A stretch of DNA of 64,000 nt. Source: Podarcis cretensis. Its lineage: Eukaryota. The translations under genes were made by a program, and so were the position numbers. Every line of letters starts with the position of its first letter. Position 1 is the first letter of the stretch. Where the stretch lies: assembly GCA_951804945.1 (NCBI GenBank), contig OX638157.1, forward strand, positions 50,530,001 through 50,594,000, in the 5' to 3' direction. The notes beneath the pieces are model-generated. The model did not search any database. It had not been told where the DNA came from and saw only the letters and a program-made list of their open reading frames with translations. Positions 24,990 to 37,029 of the stretch are shown one piece after another.

Positions 24990-27811
24990 TACATAGAAGA
25001 CATTCAATTCTATCTCTCCTTTCTGTCTCATTCACAGAAAGCTGTGAACCCAAGCCTTCTCAGAGACCTAGGGAGGCTTTTGAGGCTCATAACTGGCTTT
25101 TGAGGCTCATAACCGTAATAAATGCAGCCATGAAAAATGATGACATGTGAACACAAAGTGATGCTCCAAATAAAGAAGAGTGAAACATAAATTGAATTTT
25201 AGGTTGTAAATTATTGTTTTGGTTTTCATGATTTTGCTGTTGTACTTATTTAATTTCTGCAGTTGCTTTAGTTAGCTTATATAATTTATATTTTCAGGTG
25301 TTAAGTTATTGTTTTGCCTTTGTTTTCCGCCTTGATCTACCTTTCATGTTCTTAAATATTAAATGAAGGACAAATTAAGAAGTGTGATAAAGGAACAATC
25401 CAGGAGTTGGGACCAAATAATAATGAAGATACCAGTGCCTAGGAAGACTTTGTTGTTCAAGCAAATTTAATTTAATACTCCTTCCTGCCTAGAAGGATCC
25501 AATGGTCAGCATGGGTGGACAGCACTCTTCACTGACAAGCTGCAGTTCAGTGGGTCACCACAAAGGGCAGCCATACAGATCTAATAGCTTTTCATATACA
25601 TGCAGTGCTTAACCATGGTGTTCCTCATATCTGCACAACAGCTGACATGTTTTTGGAGAAGGTCAACATTTTTGGCCTTATGTTGGATGCTTTTCTCAAA
25701 GTGGACCCACATTTTAGGAGCAGCTTCTTGGACATTGATGGCAACTATATTCCAAAGGGAAGCTTCAGATAATTTTCCATATGTATGGAATTAAGTATAT
25801 GGTTCACTGGATCACAGACAATATCAGCAATGAATGAACTAGTGAAATATATATCAAACTATTAGGCTTTAATATTTTATCAGGAAATAGCATTGATAGC
25901 TTGTCAGGAGGTTAAAAAAATCTGGAAATCCAATCTTATGTCACAACTCTTCTTTTCAATATGTTGTGTTTTTCTTATTGTGTGGAAGCAGGGAATTTGC
26001 TTAGCAGGTTAGGTTTTCATGCCTCTTTCTTCACTTTTGAAGTATCTATTCTCTCTTATCACAATGGTTGCTGTAGAAACAAATTTGGATGTCTCAGATG
26101 AAGCATTATGACTTCAGGTAAAATAGGTAGAGAGCAGCACAAGTTAAGACAATATTGTTGGAGAGAATTTAAGCTGCTAAGAGAAAATAAATAAAATATC
26201 TGACAGGGGATCTGAAGGAGACACTGCCGTATGTATTTTGGTTACCAAATAGCCACACAAAAACAACACTGAAATAAATTCAGGGTTATAGCAAGTTATT
26301 TCAGACTTCTCCAGTGAAATACAGTGCAATACAGATTAGAACATTCCTCTGAATTCCTTCAAAGCCTCTGGCTATTGTGCAATAGATGGCAATTGTTAGG
26401 ATTTTATAAATTCTAGAGTCCTCTAGAAGTTATTATATATATATTTTCTATGTTCTTTAAAGTTCTAAATTTATGAACCTCCATAGCAGCAAGCCATTAT
26501 TTGTCTGTAAAGCTAAGCTTAATTTCTTCAGATGCCCATGGCTACAAACCTATAAGATGGAACCACATACACACCTACATTCATAGAAATGGGGAAGGTC
26601 CAGCTCTTCAACTAAAATGTTGTACAAGCAATGACAAACTATGGACAGGGTCCCTATATTGGTACAACCAGCTGCTGAATCCATCAAGGTCTTCCCTGCC
26701 CCGTTCAGTCCTGTGACTCACATCAGCCACAGATGGACATGACTGACCAGCAAGCTCAAATAGCTTTGTTCTACCAGCTCCTGGGGGAGGAAGTACTGTT
26801 GATTAATGTTCCCGCCCTTGTATTCTATTGGCCTTAGCTCTTAGGTACCAAAAAAATGGCTTACTGTGAAGACTAAGGTTTGCACTGAAATACTCTGGTC
26901 TTCAGCAAATATCACTGTACTTTCATGCCTTCTGCATTTCTTATGCAATGGTGCTCTCCCAGTTTTAAAGAGGGAAGATGCTGATAAAAAGTGCATTACC
27001 TGCCCTATTTTCAGTGTGGGATATTTGCTGTTAAAGCCCAATACAGAATTAATTTCAGGATTGGATGATATGGCACCAGGACATAATGTCTGTTGGAAAA
27101 TATATTTAATTATTCAAATATTTTACGGTTGTAATTTTGTAGGATCCTTCGAAGACTTTAAAAAATACGCTTTTACATATTCTTGCATAGTTTAAAAAAA
27201 AAAACCCTGAAGAAGACCGTAAATAATAAGCCAACATAATAACAAAATTCCCTGCTAAATGACAGCCAGGAATAAGTTTAAGATTGGGGTGTCAATCATA
27301 TGAAATGGAAATAAGGTTTTTTATATTAAGAGCTGGATAAAAACACAGAAACGAAAGCAATAATTAAATGGATCAATTTTTGTTACAATATAAATTGCTA
27401 AGAGCTGGCAGTCTACAGGTCAGTTTTAGCATGGCTGTAATTATATGTGTAGCAATACTTCCAGGCAGTAGCAGAATTAACTGTGTAGTGAAGGAAAGGA
27501 TGCAGAGAAGCCTGTAGCGAGGTATTTTGCCTTTTCAAGGAGGAAAGGCATTTCTTTCTCCTCACTGGGATTGAAACCTCTGTGGTTCCACTATACACCT
27601 CTCCCACTGACTGCCCATTAATCCTTTGCAATACATAAACCCTGCTAAGCGAAGCCTCAACCGCAATCTACCACAACAAGGCTGACATAAACATCCTCTT
27701 TCCTTTCAAAGCAGTAATACAGCATGGTAAAAGACATAGTACTCTGGACAAAGTACAATAAAAAATAGAAAACAAAATATAAGACATAAAATACATATAC
27801 ATTTGATTGTC

Positions 27812-28018
27812 AAGGCTGTCCAATAGTGGTTACTAGCCACAATGACTATGCTGTACTTCCACTGTCAGAAATAGTATGCCTCTGAATACCAGTTGCTGGG
27901 AATCACATGCGGCAGAGTATTTTTGCTCTCAGGTTCTGCTCATGGGCATGCCACATGTCACTGACCACTGTGAGAACAGGATGCTGGACAACTGATGGCT
28001 TTTCTGATGTTCTCATGA
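27812..28018 (+). mobile_element. CR1-type LINE 3' UTR fragment
   Basis: similar to 32245-32452 (GCCTCTGAATACCAGTTGCTGG...GTGAGAACAGGATGCTGGAC). Confidence 0.65.
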
Positions 28019-28141
28019 GCCCTGTATTTTTTTTTAGTATGGCAGTGCTGTTTCCTTCTTTAGGTCCAAAGACTACTCCAGAAAATTCACCTCCTTCTGA
28101 GTTTGGTGGGTATGCTTTTCCTTCACATATTTCTTCCTTAC

Positions 28142-28205
28142 CTGGTTGCTGAAATACCATAAGCAAGGTGTGAGTGGCAGGCTTCTTCAGATCAAAATAA
28201 TGACA
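28142..28205 (-). ncRNA. candidate exon of minus-strand transcript (alternative acceptor would extend it to 28307)
   Basis: acceptor TTTTTGTATCCTTGCAG, donor CAG|GTAAGG. Confidence 0.4.
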
Positions 28206-28575
28206 CTGCAAGGATACAAAAATACCTGACTTTACTGTGCTATCTGCGCTTTGTACCTGCTTCAATAGTAGACCAAATACAGCGGCTAAATTTTGGGTTA
28301 TTTACCTCTGTAATAAAAGCCCATTCATATAAAGATGGGATATAACCATATTTGATTACTTCATTCCTGGAATGTCTCTATAGAATCACACACTCGTAGG
28401 GTATGAGGTTTAAACATGTTGACATCATACTGTAAATAGGGATGAGAACGAGTGCTTTAAGTGTTGGTTAACAAAATATGCAGCAGGCTACAAAAACCAT
28501 GAATCTTTCAAGGGGAAAGGATAATTGTAACATAGAGGCAGGTGCAGAAAATGCTTTTTAAAAAGAAAATACAAA

Positions 28576-30310
28576 GACTTCCGGGTCGACGCCATCGCCG
28601 AATGGCGGACTCCCTCCGAGCTCCGGAGGGAGTCGGCTGGGTAGGGGTCGGGTCCTGCCATGCCGGCGACGCGGGGACCCTCAAAAACCATGGGCGGAGA
28701 TGCCCATGGACTTGGTGACTCGGCGGGCACCGTTTGCGCCCCCCGACCCGCGAAGGAGCCTTTTTAAAGGCTGCGGAGCGGGTGACGGGGGGTGTGGTGC
28801 TGTGAGTCCAATGCTTCCCCTGCCCAGCGAAGCCGCATGCCATTCGGTGGAAAGCAACGACTTCTTCTTTGAAAATTTCGGATTTGGACTAAAAGGAACA
28901 ACCCGTGAGTAAATTGATTGGACTTAAAAGGGAAATTTGATCTTTGAATTTGGAGCGAGCGGGGGGAGTGCAAAAAGGAAGTCCGCCCCCCCCCTGTTGT
29001 AGATGGCTCAACACAAGGATTTGACAACTAAGATCGAGAGATGAACTTGTTTACCTGAAAAAAAATTTTAACTTCACGAAGGGAAATTACAATAATTGTG
29101 CTGGAGGAGAAGACTGATTTGTGGGAACTAAAATGCAACCCCCCCGGGAACCGGGAACGATCCGCTATGAGAGACTGGTGAAGAGACACAGAAACTTTGA
29201 CAGCTGTCAAAGTAGCTGTCAAAGTAGGAAAATAAAAGAGAACTCTGTTACGATGGCTTTGCTGGTTAGATTTGTTACAATTTGGACATAAATTATTGGA
29301 AATAAAGGCAACAAGTTATTTGACTTTTGGGTCTGATTTTGAAAGAAATTAAGTTACCATATTCCCTCTAGAGGGAGGCTGGGACATTGCAACAGTAGCA
29401 GCAAGTGGAAAAATACTATGAATTTGAGCAGGATCTGTTATCTCTTGGGAAAGCTGCAAAAACGAAGCATTATTTTGTCTACAGAGGTTTCTATACTAAA
29501 GGAGACAATGGATTTATCTATTGAAGAAAGGAAGGGACTTGACGCAAGTTATGTTCCTGAATAACAAAAGCCTCTGTGGAGAACAAGAAGTTTCTGAATT
29601 AGAAGGTTTCTGCAGCAGAACAGGAAAAAGCAACCTGAGGAATAAGAGCTGGACCAAATTTGAAGCCGGAGTATTTGGAACATCCAGACTTTAAAAGGAC
29701 CATGAAATAGAATTTAAGTTAGACTCTTAAACATAGAGGTCTGGATGGAAGAACAATGACTTTTTCTGAGAGTTTTTTCGAGATTGGACTTTCTGAAATT
29801 AAAAGCTATCAAAAGACGGCAAAGTGGAGTTGAGATATAGACGTGGATACACCAGGCTGGCAGTAGACAATGGATGAACTTTGGGGATTGGAACCGGGGA
29901 ATGGGGGGGGGGAGAGAGATTTGGAATCCAAAGGCTGTAAAATTATATATTATTTCTTTCTTTACTTTTTTCATGTTTGTTGTTTGAAAATAGGGGAATT
30001 CGTGGAAGGGAAATGGGGTCGATCTTAGGGAATTATATAAAATATAAGGAGAAATGGTTCATTAAGATAAATAAGATAAATTAATTTGGAATAAATGGGT
30101 TATTTAAAATTACAAATAAGGTTTTAAAATTTGGGGTAAGAATCTGTGGAATCAATTTAAGGGAAATGGAATACAAGAGGGGGAGGAGGGGGAAGGCCGG
30201 GAAAGATGCCACTGAAACCAAGTGTAAATCATATTTGTTTTTTCTTTCTTGCTTGCTATCTTTCCTTTTTATTCTGGAAAATTTTTAATAAATATTATTA
30301 AAAAAATAAA
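28576..30310 (+). mobile_element. non-autonomous L1-mobilised retroelement, 1,735 bp, no long ORF
   Basis: perfect 17-bp TSD TAAAAAGAAAATACAAA (28559-28575, 30311-30327) at a TTTT/AAAA site; AATAAA 30287 plus A-rich tail; CpG-rich 5' end beginning GACTTCCGG. Confidence 0.88.
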
Positions 30311-30544
30311 TAAAAAGAAAATACAAAATGCTTCAGTCTACAGAAACCTAATATAAAGGTACATTTCAGAGAGTTCTTTTACCCTTTCTATTTGATGTTT
30401 CAGTCTTAAAAATAATTAATGTTGGAATTTTAATATATGGTTATTAAGTACAGAAGAACTGAAAAATGAATAAAAATTGAAGGAGGCAACTACAAGCAAC
30501 TCAATAACGCAATTCACAGCATTTTGAAACCAGCAGATCCTTAC

Positions 30545-30723
30545 TTAGCCTGGCTTTGACTCTCTTCATCTCTTCATCTTTTCTTCTGTTATTCTTTTTC
30601 TTTTGGGTCCTTTGTGGGGGTTTTTCCATTTTTCTTTGCTCCAGCCACCTGCTCTTACCTCTTTGTGTTCTTAACCCTAATTTCTCAACACTCCCAGGAG
30701 AAAAAAATATATAGTTGCTTTAC
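30545..30723 (-). ncRNA. candidate purine-rich exon of minus-strand transcript, contains a small ORF start
   Basis: acceptor CCTCTTTCCTCAG, donor TAA|GTAAGG, GAA-rich body. Confidence 0.45.
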
Positions 30724-30863
30724 CTGAGGAAAGAGGTTGAATTCATTGAATTCAGTAAGGATTTCAGGTGATTAAAATGAACAATATCTGACCAATTTCC
30801 AGAGCAAGCCGATATAGGTGGGGGGTGAAGGGGTGGGGAGACTGAAATACAAAATGAACTCAC

Positions 30864-30949
30864 CTTTCATACTTGCGGTGCTGTGAAAAGTATTGGAAGC
30901 AATCCAAAGTGAGGGGACCTTGGACTTATTCTATAGCAGTGTCCAGGAC
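30864..30949 (-). ncRNA. candidate exon of minus-strand transcript
   Basis: consensus donor AAG|GTGAGT; acceptor CACTAG (weaker); stops in all frames. Confidence 0.45.
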
Positions 30950-31166
30950 CTAGTGTGACATATAAGTTTTGTTGAATGAACAGAAACAGTGCTTTCAAAT
31001 ACCACTGTGCTATCAAATTCAACATACATGTAAGTGAACAATTGTCAAGGAAATTCAGTGCAATCACAGTTGACTCCCAAAGATGATACTTTATCAAAAA
31101 TGAGGGGAATGGTAAAAAGTTGAAAAGGAAGAGGAAGAGGGTCAAAAGTCTTATAGTGGATGTATA

Positions 31167-31405
31167 CAGTGGTACCTCGGGTTACATACGCTTCAGGTTA
31201 CATACGCTTCAGGTTACAGACTCCGCTAATCCAGAAATAGTGCTTCAGGTTAAGAACTTTGCTTCAGGATGAGAACAATCATGCTCCGGCGGTGCGGCAG
31301 CAGCGGGAGGCCCCATTAGCTAAAGTGGTATCTCAGATTAAGAACAGTTTCAGGTTAAGTACGGACCTCCGGAACGAATTAAGTACTTAACCCGAGGTAC
31401 CACTG
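31167..31405 (+). mobile_element. Tigger/pogo-type MITE, family A
   Basis: TA|CAGTGGTACCTCGGGTTA ... TAACCCGAGGTACCACTG|TA. Confidence 0.94.
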
Positions 31406-31785
31406 TACTGCAAATCAGGGAAAGTGCCATCAAGGTCAATTAAGTTTCACCCACTGAAATGACATACCACATTGTTGCATTATGGAACTGTGGCTTTTTC
31501 TAATGAGATACCACTATGTCACTGAATTCCATTCATGTAAGTGTACACAACTGAACATGTCATGCCTCTTTATGCACCTGAATGCTTCTGTTCTCCCATG
31601 AGTCACCCAAGAAAATGGTAGGAAAGAACTGTTTGCTAGAATACTACCCCAAATATTACCGCATGCTCTGATCCATGCAAACTGCAGAAAAATAACAGTG
31701 CAAAACTCCCAAAATTTTCCAGGTTAATGGGGTTGCAATTAATGAGGAAGCAACTGGCATGGAAATGAAATGAAACTGTCGAAAT

Positions 31786-32452
31786 CATAATGCTGCTATA
31801 CAAATCTATGGTGTGACCATGCTTGGGATACTGTGTCCCATTCTCATTGTTGCATCTCAAAATGAATATTGTGGAGCTGGAAAAGGAAAAGAAAAGAGCA
31901 ATTAAAATATGTAAGGAACTCCCAAAAGGTTACAGCATTTTGCGCTTTTTAAGTTTAGGGAGGGAAAGGCAAGGAAGGTGGGTGGGGAGAGAACATCATA
32001 GAGGTGCATAAAAGTATGCATGTTGCATAAAAAGTGGAGTATTTGTCCCTCTTTCATGAAAGTAGAACTTGGGATCATCCAATGAAGCTGAGCATGGGAA
32101 AATGTAGGCCAGATTAAAGGAACTACTTCTTCATACAGCACATAATTAAAATAAGGAACTTACTCCCTCAAGAGAGGACTAAATAGCCACTAACTTGGAT
32201 GGCTTTAAAAGGGATTGGGGGGGGGGGAATCCTTTGAGTATAAGGCTATCAATAGCTATTAGACATGATGGCTGTACTCTGCCTCCAGTATTGGAGATGC
32301 CATGCTTCTAAATGCAACTTGATGTAGAGAAGAACTGTTGTGCTCTTGTCCTGCTTGTGGGTTTCTCAGAGGCATCTGGTTGGCTACTTTGAGAATAGAA
32401 TGCTAGACTAGGTAGGCCTTTGACCTGATCCAACAGGCCTCTTAGTATGTTT
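31786..32452 (+). mobile_element. CR1 LINE 3' fragment
   Basis: decayed IMLLYKSMV-P-LGYCV...HLKMNIVELEK-KRAIK (CR1 LYKSMVRPHLEYCVQFW...ELEKVQKRATKM motif) followed by the 3' UTR. Confidence 0.88.
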
Positions 32453-34954
32453 CCATGCCTCTCGATTTGTTCCATGGTGAAAATAAAACACGGCTTAGTG
32501 TTATTTGCAAATGCAGTTTCCCCTAAAAAAAATCTTACAAGTGCTCCATGTTTGTTTCATGAGCAGTTAACCTTCCTTATCCACTTTCCTTTCTCCTTTC
32601 TTCTTCCTTCTGTTCTTCTTCCTTCTGTGCCTCTTGCATGCACCCCAACCCCATACTTATTTATGTGGAATTAATTCCCACAGTATTCAATGGTGCTTAG
32701 TCCCAATTAAATTTCCATCGTGTTGCAACCCTAAAGGGCAAAATGGTTCTCTACACAGCTTCTTTTATGCCTCTGGTAAATATATTTTAACAGCAGTTGG
32801 GGGAAGGCTGGTATGTCTTGTGTTTTTGCTATGCTGACTCCCTGGCCGGTGAAGCAAACGGGACCAGAATGATTTGATATACTGCTTCCACCACCTGCAG
32901 TTTGGACAGTACTGAGGTGACAGAAGCTTCCTTGCCACTGGCTGGTGAAAAAGGCAACCCAGAAAGAGCTGAGCAGGGGGACAACTTAGTCTCACCCAAA
33001 TCTCCTTCCAGCATAGTGGACCAGGGCTTTGGATTGTGCTGTTCATTCTTGTTCCTATCTTATTGGCTGGAAATGATTTGTTCTATGTAGAAAAGGTAAC
33101 CTAGTGTTTGTATTGTCTTACAGCAAATATAATAAGTGTGTTCTTTCTTATCAGTGTATCTTTCATAAGGTATGTGGAAACGCAGGTGTCAAGTTAGTAT
33201 GCAATAAGCAGTAATTATAAGAATTTGAGGACTTCACTGACATTTTCTTCACTAATTTACCTTGAAGTCTAATAGGATTAGCATCAAAGATGAACATTTC
33301 ACTAATTTAAATAAACCAGTTAGAACAACATAAATAGATTTTAAAAAAAGAAGAAGTATGTGACACACTTTTGTTACCTACTGTTCTTCTCCATGCCTGA
33401 AGAAAACTGGCTGAATCCAAAGGAGTTTTTGTCCTTAAGTGGCAGTGACCACAAGGATTGACAAGTACAGCAATCACCTTTGAGAAGTGATTTCTAAGGA
33501 TGTTAAGACCATGAACTGCTTTCATTTGGAATGCCTTCTTTAATAGATGCTTCAAAACAAAGCCAACAATTGATCTGCTCTTTGGAAAAAAAAGTGTTTT
33601 TGTATTTGAGAATGTGCTTTATCATGGAGAAGAAAACATGCACTTATCTTTTCCAGTTTGTTATTATTTGACTACAGTGGTTACAAATTTCTAATGCAGA
33701 GAACCATCTAGTACTCTGTTGAGAAATGTGAATCTATGTGAATAAAATAATTCTTCACATTTCCCGTGCAGCATCTCATAATGCTGCAGCAGTTGCTACC
33801 AAACTAATAATAATCTATAGGAACATTTGTTAAGTGTTTATCTGTTTATCACAAGAACAGAAAAATATAGCAGTGAAAAAATGTTTGTGGATTGTGCATT
33901 CCATCCCTTTGGTCTGGAAGTGTTACAAAAGTGGCTGCAGTTACGTTGTACTAAATGTGCTGGATGTTCTCCCACAGGGGCTAGTAATTCCTTATCTAAT
34001 CTGATTTAGGAGAGCAAAAAGTCCATTCCTGCACTATAATAATCTTGAGTATATGTCTGCTTGGGGGAAAAAGTCAAAATCTTTTTGTTTTTTACTTCTC
34101 AACTGATAAATAATGGTAATATAATTTAAGACAAGAAAAAATAGGGACAGTTTTTCACTTTCTTTTTGCATCTTTATTCAAGCAACAACTGGGTAAGGGT
34201 TTTCCCTCTTCCTGAGTTGCTGAAAGATGTGCACCAGCACTGAGGAAATGCCTCAGTAAGACTTACTGAAGCTACTGCAGCTGGGCTTCAGTGGCTCTGA
34301 AAATCCAGCAAATGGTTCCCTGGTCAATTTTCACATTTTGCAAATCAGAAGTGAAATAAATCCTGTTTGTTGTGTGGCTCACATGAGCAGCAGGAAACAT
34401 AAAGCCTTGACAAACCATTCACTGCCATAGATCTCTCTTGATTTCAACTTGCAAACAAACTACATATGTAACTATATATCACAGGCCAGTAGTTGTACAG
34501 CCTAGTTGCATTAACGTCTTCCCTTAAATTTGAGTTTTCTTTATTTGTAAAGTAATAGAATAGTAAAATAAAAATAAAAATCTATACATTATAATTTTGG
34601 GGTGAGAACTTAAATTTTGTATGTGCGTGATGGGTTGAGTAATGTTTCAGGTTTTTCTTTTTTTCTTTTAATAATGATGCTTTCCTTCTAGATATGCTAG
34701 CACAGGAAATAAATATTTGTATATTTTGTCTTTCTTTTCTGTTTATATGTTTCTAAATGCCTGTTTGATCTCTTTACGCTTTCCATCAAGGTTTAGAATT
34801 TTGTTTGCAAATACCAGTTAGCAGTCAGAACTCCAGATTGGAAAGAAAATACCATACAGTGACCCAAAAGTGAGAATGTGAAGAGGAAGAAGCTCACAGT
34901 TCGATGTTATGGATTCATAAGAAAAATTACATGTAAAAATGAGCATAAAATTAC

Positions 34955-35069
34955 CTTTGAAGAATGTGCCTGTTGATCACTATCAGAATATATACCTCTC
35001 TCCACGAACTCTGTGAAAAAAAACTTCAGCCAGAAGGCACAGGCAGTTTGTCCTTGTTCCTCTTCTTTC
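34955..35069 (-). ncRNA. candidate 115-nt exon of minus-strand transcript
   Basis: strong acceptor CTTCCCTTTTTTTCTAG and donor AAG|GTAATT. Confidence 0.5.
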
Positions 35070-36139
35070 CTAGAAAAAAAGGGAAGATGAACCCACCTTT
35101 ATTCTTGGAGAAGAGAGATGAAAGCACAAGCTCAAGGTGCATCATATTATGTAATTCCATCCAAAGCCAAGTACACTTTTCTGCCAATCCTATCAAACAA
35201 ACGGGCACTGCAATTCTGGAAGACTTTTGTCTTCTGCAGTGTCTCCAGAGGACTCAGTCCCCAGACTCACTTCAAGCACTGTTTTTTCAGTTTTCTCATT
35301 TTCCTTTACGCAAGTCTTGCAACACCTGGCTGAAGAGGATTGGAACAAGAGCTAGAAATTTAAAATTCATGTTTGACAATTTGGGTATAAAATAGTCAGC
35401 ATATGCTATTCAGTGTATACTATAGCTCTTTTTCAAGCCCATTTTCCCCTACCTTGACATTTTGTTTCATTTTTTGTATACACATATCACTACAGTATAA
35501 CAAAGAAACAGAAGACAAGAATGTTAGTCATATTATAGAAGTATTTTTGTTGCTGTTGGTGGATGTCCTTGTCTAGTAATTATTCTCTTTTTTTCTTTAA
35601 GGTTATCTTAGAGTGCCTTTCCAGAGAAGTCTGTGTGTGGAGGGTGATTGCCAATTATGTTTGTTTTGTGTCACATATGCATAAAGCTGAATCAAGTCAT
35701 TTAAAATGCGTCCACTGTGTTTAGAGCCCCTCTTAATATACAACACATTTTGAAATGTATTGATTTTAGTTTCTTTATGCTTAATTTCTGAAGTGTGAGC
35801 TACCAGCCTCAAATATTCCTGGGTGTCCTTTCCGAGGGTATGCCTTCTTGGCAAATATATACATATGGGTACAAAGAAAAAATGGAAATACTAGGTTTGT
35901 GATACCTCTTTGCAAAGCCCAGATGTATACAAGATAAGAAGTGAAATTTGCACAGAAATATCACAGAATTTGCACAGAAATTTCACAGACCTCCTAGACG
36001 TTTGCATTTCACAGACTTTTGGTCCTACTGTTTCATATCTCTAAAGTTGTATATATTATCTGCCCACTGAATATTGCATTTCTTGCATCTATCAGTAGGC
36101 TCTGTTCCATGAAATTTCATGCCACAATGCAACTGTTAT

Positions 36140-36234
36140 ACAATGCAATCCTATGTATGTTTACTCATGCACACTGAATCCCATTGTTTTCAAAGGGGCT
36201 TACTCCCCAGTAAAGTGCATTCAGGATTGCAGCC
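36140..36234. repeat. short old palindromic interspersed repeat (GCAATCCT...AGGATTGC); related copies near 6160, 19220, 19740, 22530, 36350, 42420, 59750, 60560
   Basis: inverted ends and central CCCATTG..TCAA(T)GGGGCTTACT motif recurring through the window. Confidence 0.6.
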
Positions 36235-37029
36235 ACTGCTGTTTTTGATAACCAAGAGCTGGTCATTATTGCTTAGAAGTGAGGAAAATGAAATTTGTTA
36301 TTACTTCACAAATTTCAGGACTGAGCTCTTTTACAGAAAGCTGGTTCAGTAAGCCTGCAACACCTTCCATGGTTACCTGGGATTAAGTCCTGCTAAAGTC
36401 AATGGTGGGAGTATAACTGGATAGGGTTGTGTTATTCCTCTCAGTAACCCCAAAAGGGAGCTTCCAGGCACTAGGCACTGTATTACAACTCAGCTTCTTC
36501 TTAGGGAAGTTATCATGAGTCATATTTGACTATTTTCATACTTATCTTAGTATAAATTAGTTAGTATTCCATTTAATACCTGATATGTCACATTTTCATA
36601 CTCCCATGTCCCTTCCGCAATCTCTTCCTGTTATGCATTCTTTCATGATTATGTGAAATGACACTCCGCTGCCCCCACTTTTCATTCTCCTAGCCCCATG
36701 GTATGCTCCATTTCTCTCTTCCCCCAACCCTTCTCCATAGCCCCTTCCATCTTGCCTTTGAACCAACCTACCAGCTGTGGACATTCTATGCTGAATATCT
36801 CCTACTTGCTCCTTTTTTCCTCCTTGTTCTACACTCTATTTCCTTTTAATCACCATTGCCATTCCTCCCATACATCTTTTTTTGTCAGCCTACTTACTCT
36901 TTTAAATGATCTGGTCTACCCCATTACTACATCAGTTCCCTCATTATGCCTGCCTCTTGTCTTAAATGAAACCTGATGCCTGCCAGTGCTGCCACCCTGC
37001 CCCCACTACTCTAAGAGGAGAAGTGCCAT

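Noticed and set aside
25074-25112. Short tandem duplications (also 17905-17948, 35943-35988, 45971-46007, 53782-53805)
   Set aside because: Ordinary slippage duplicates; no spacer structure, so not CRISPR-like, and the DNA is eukaryotic.
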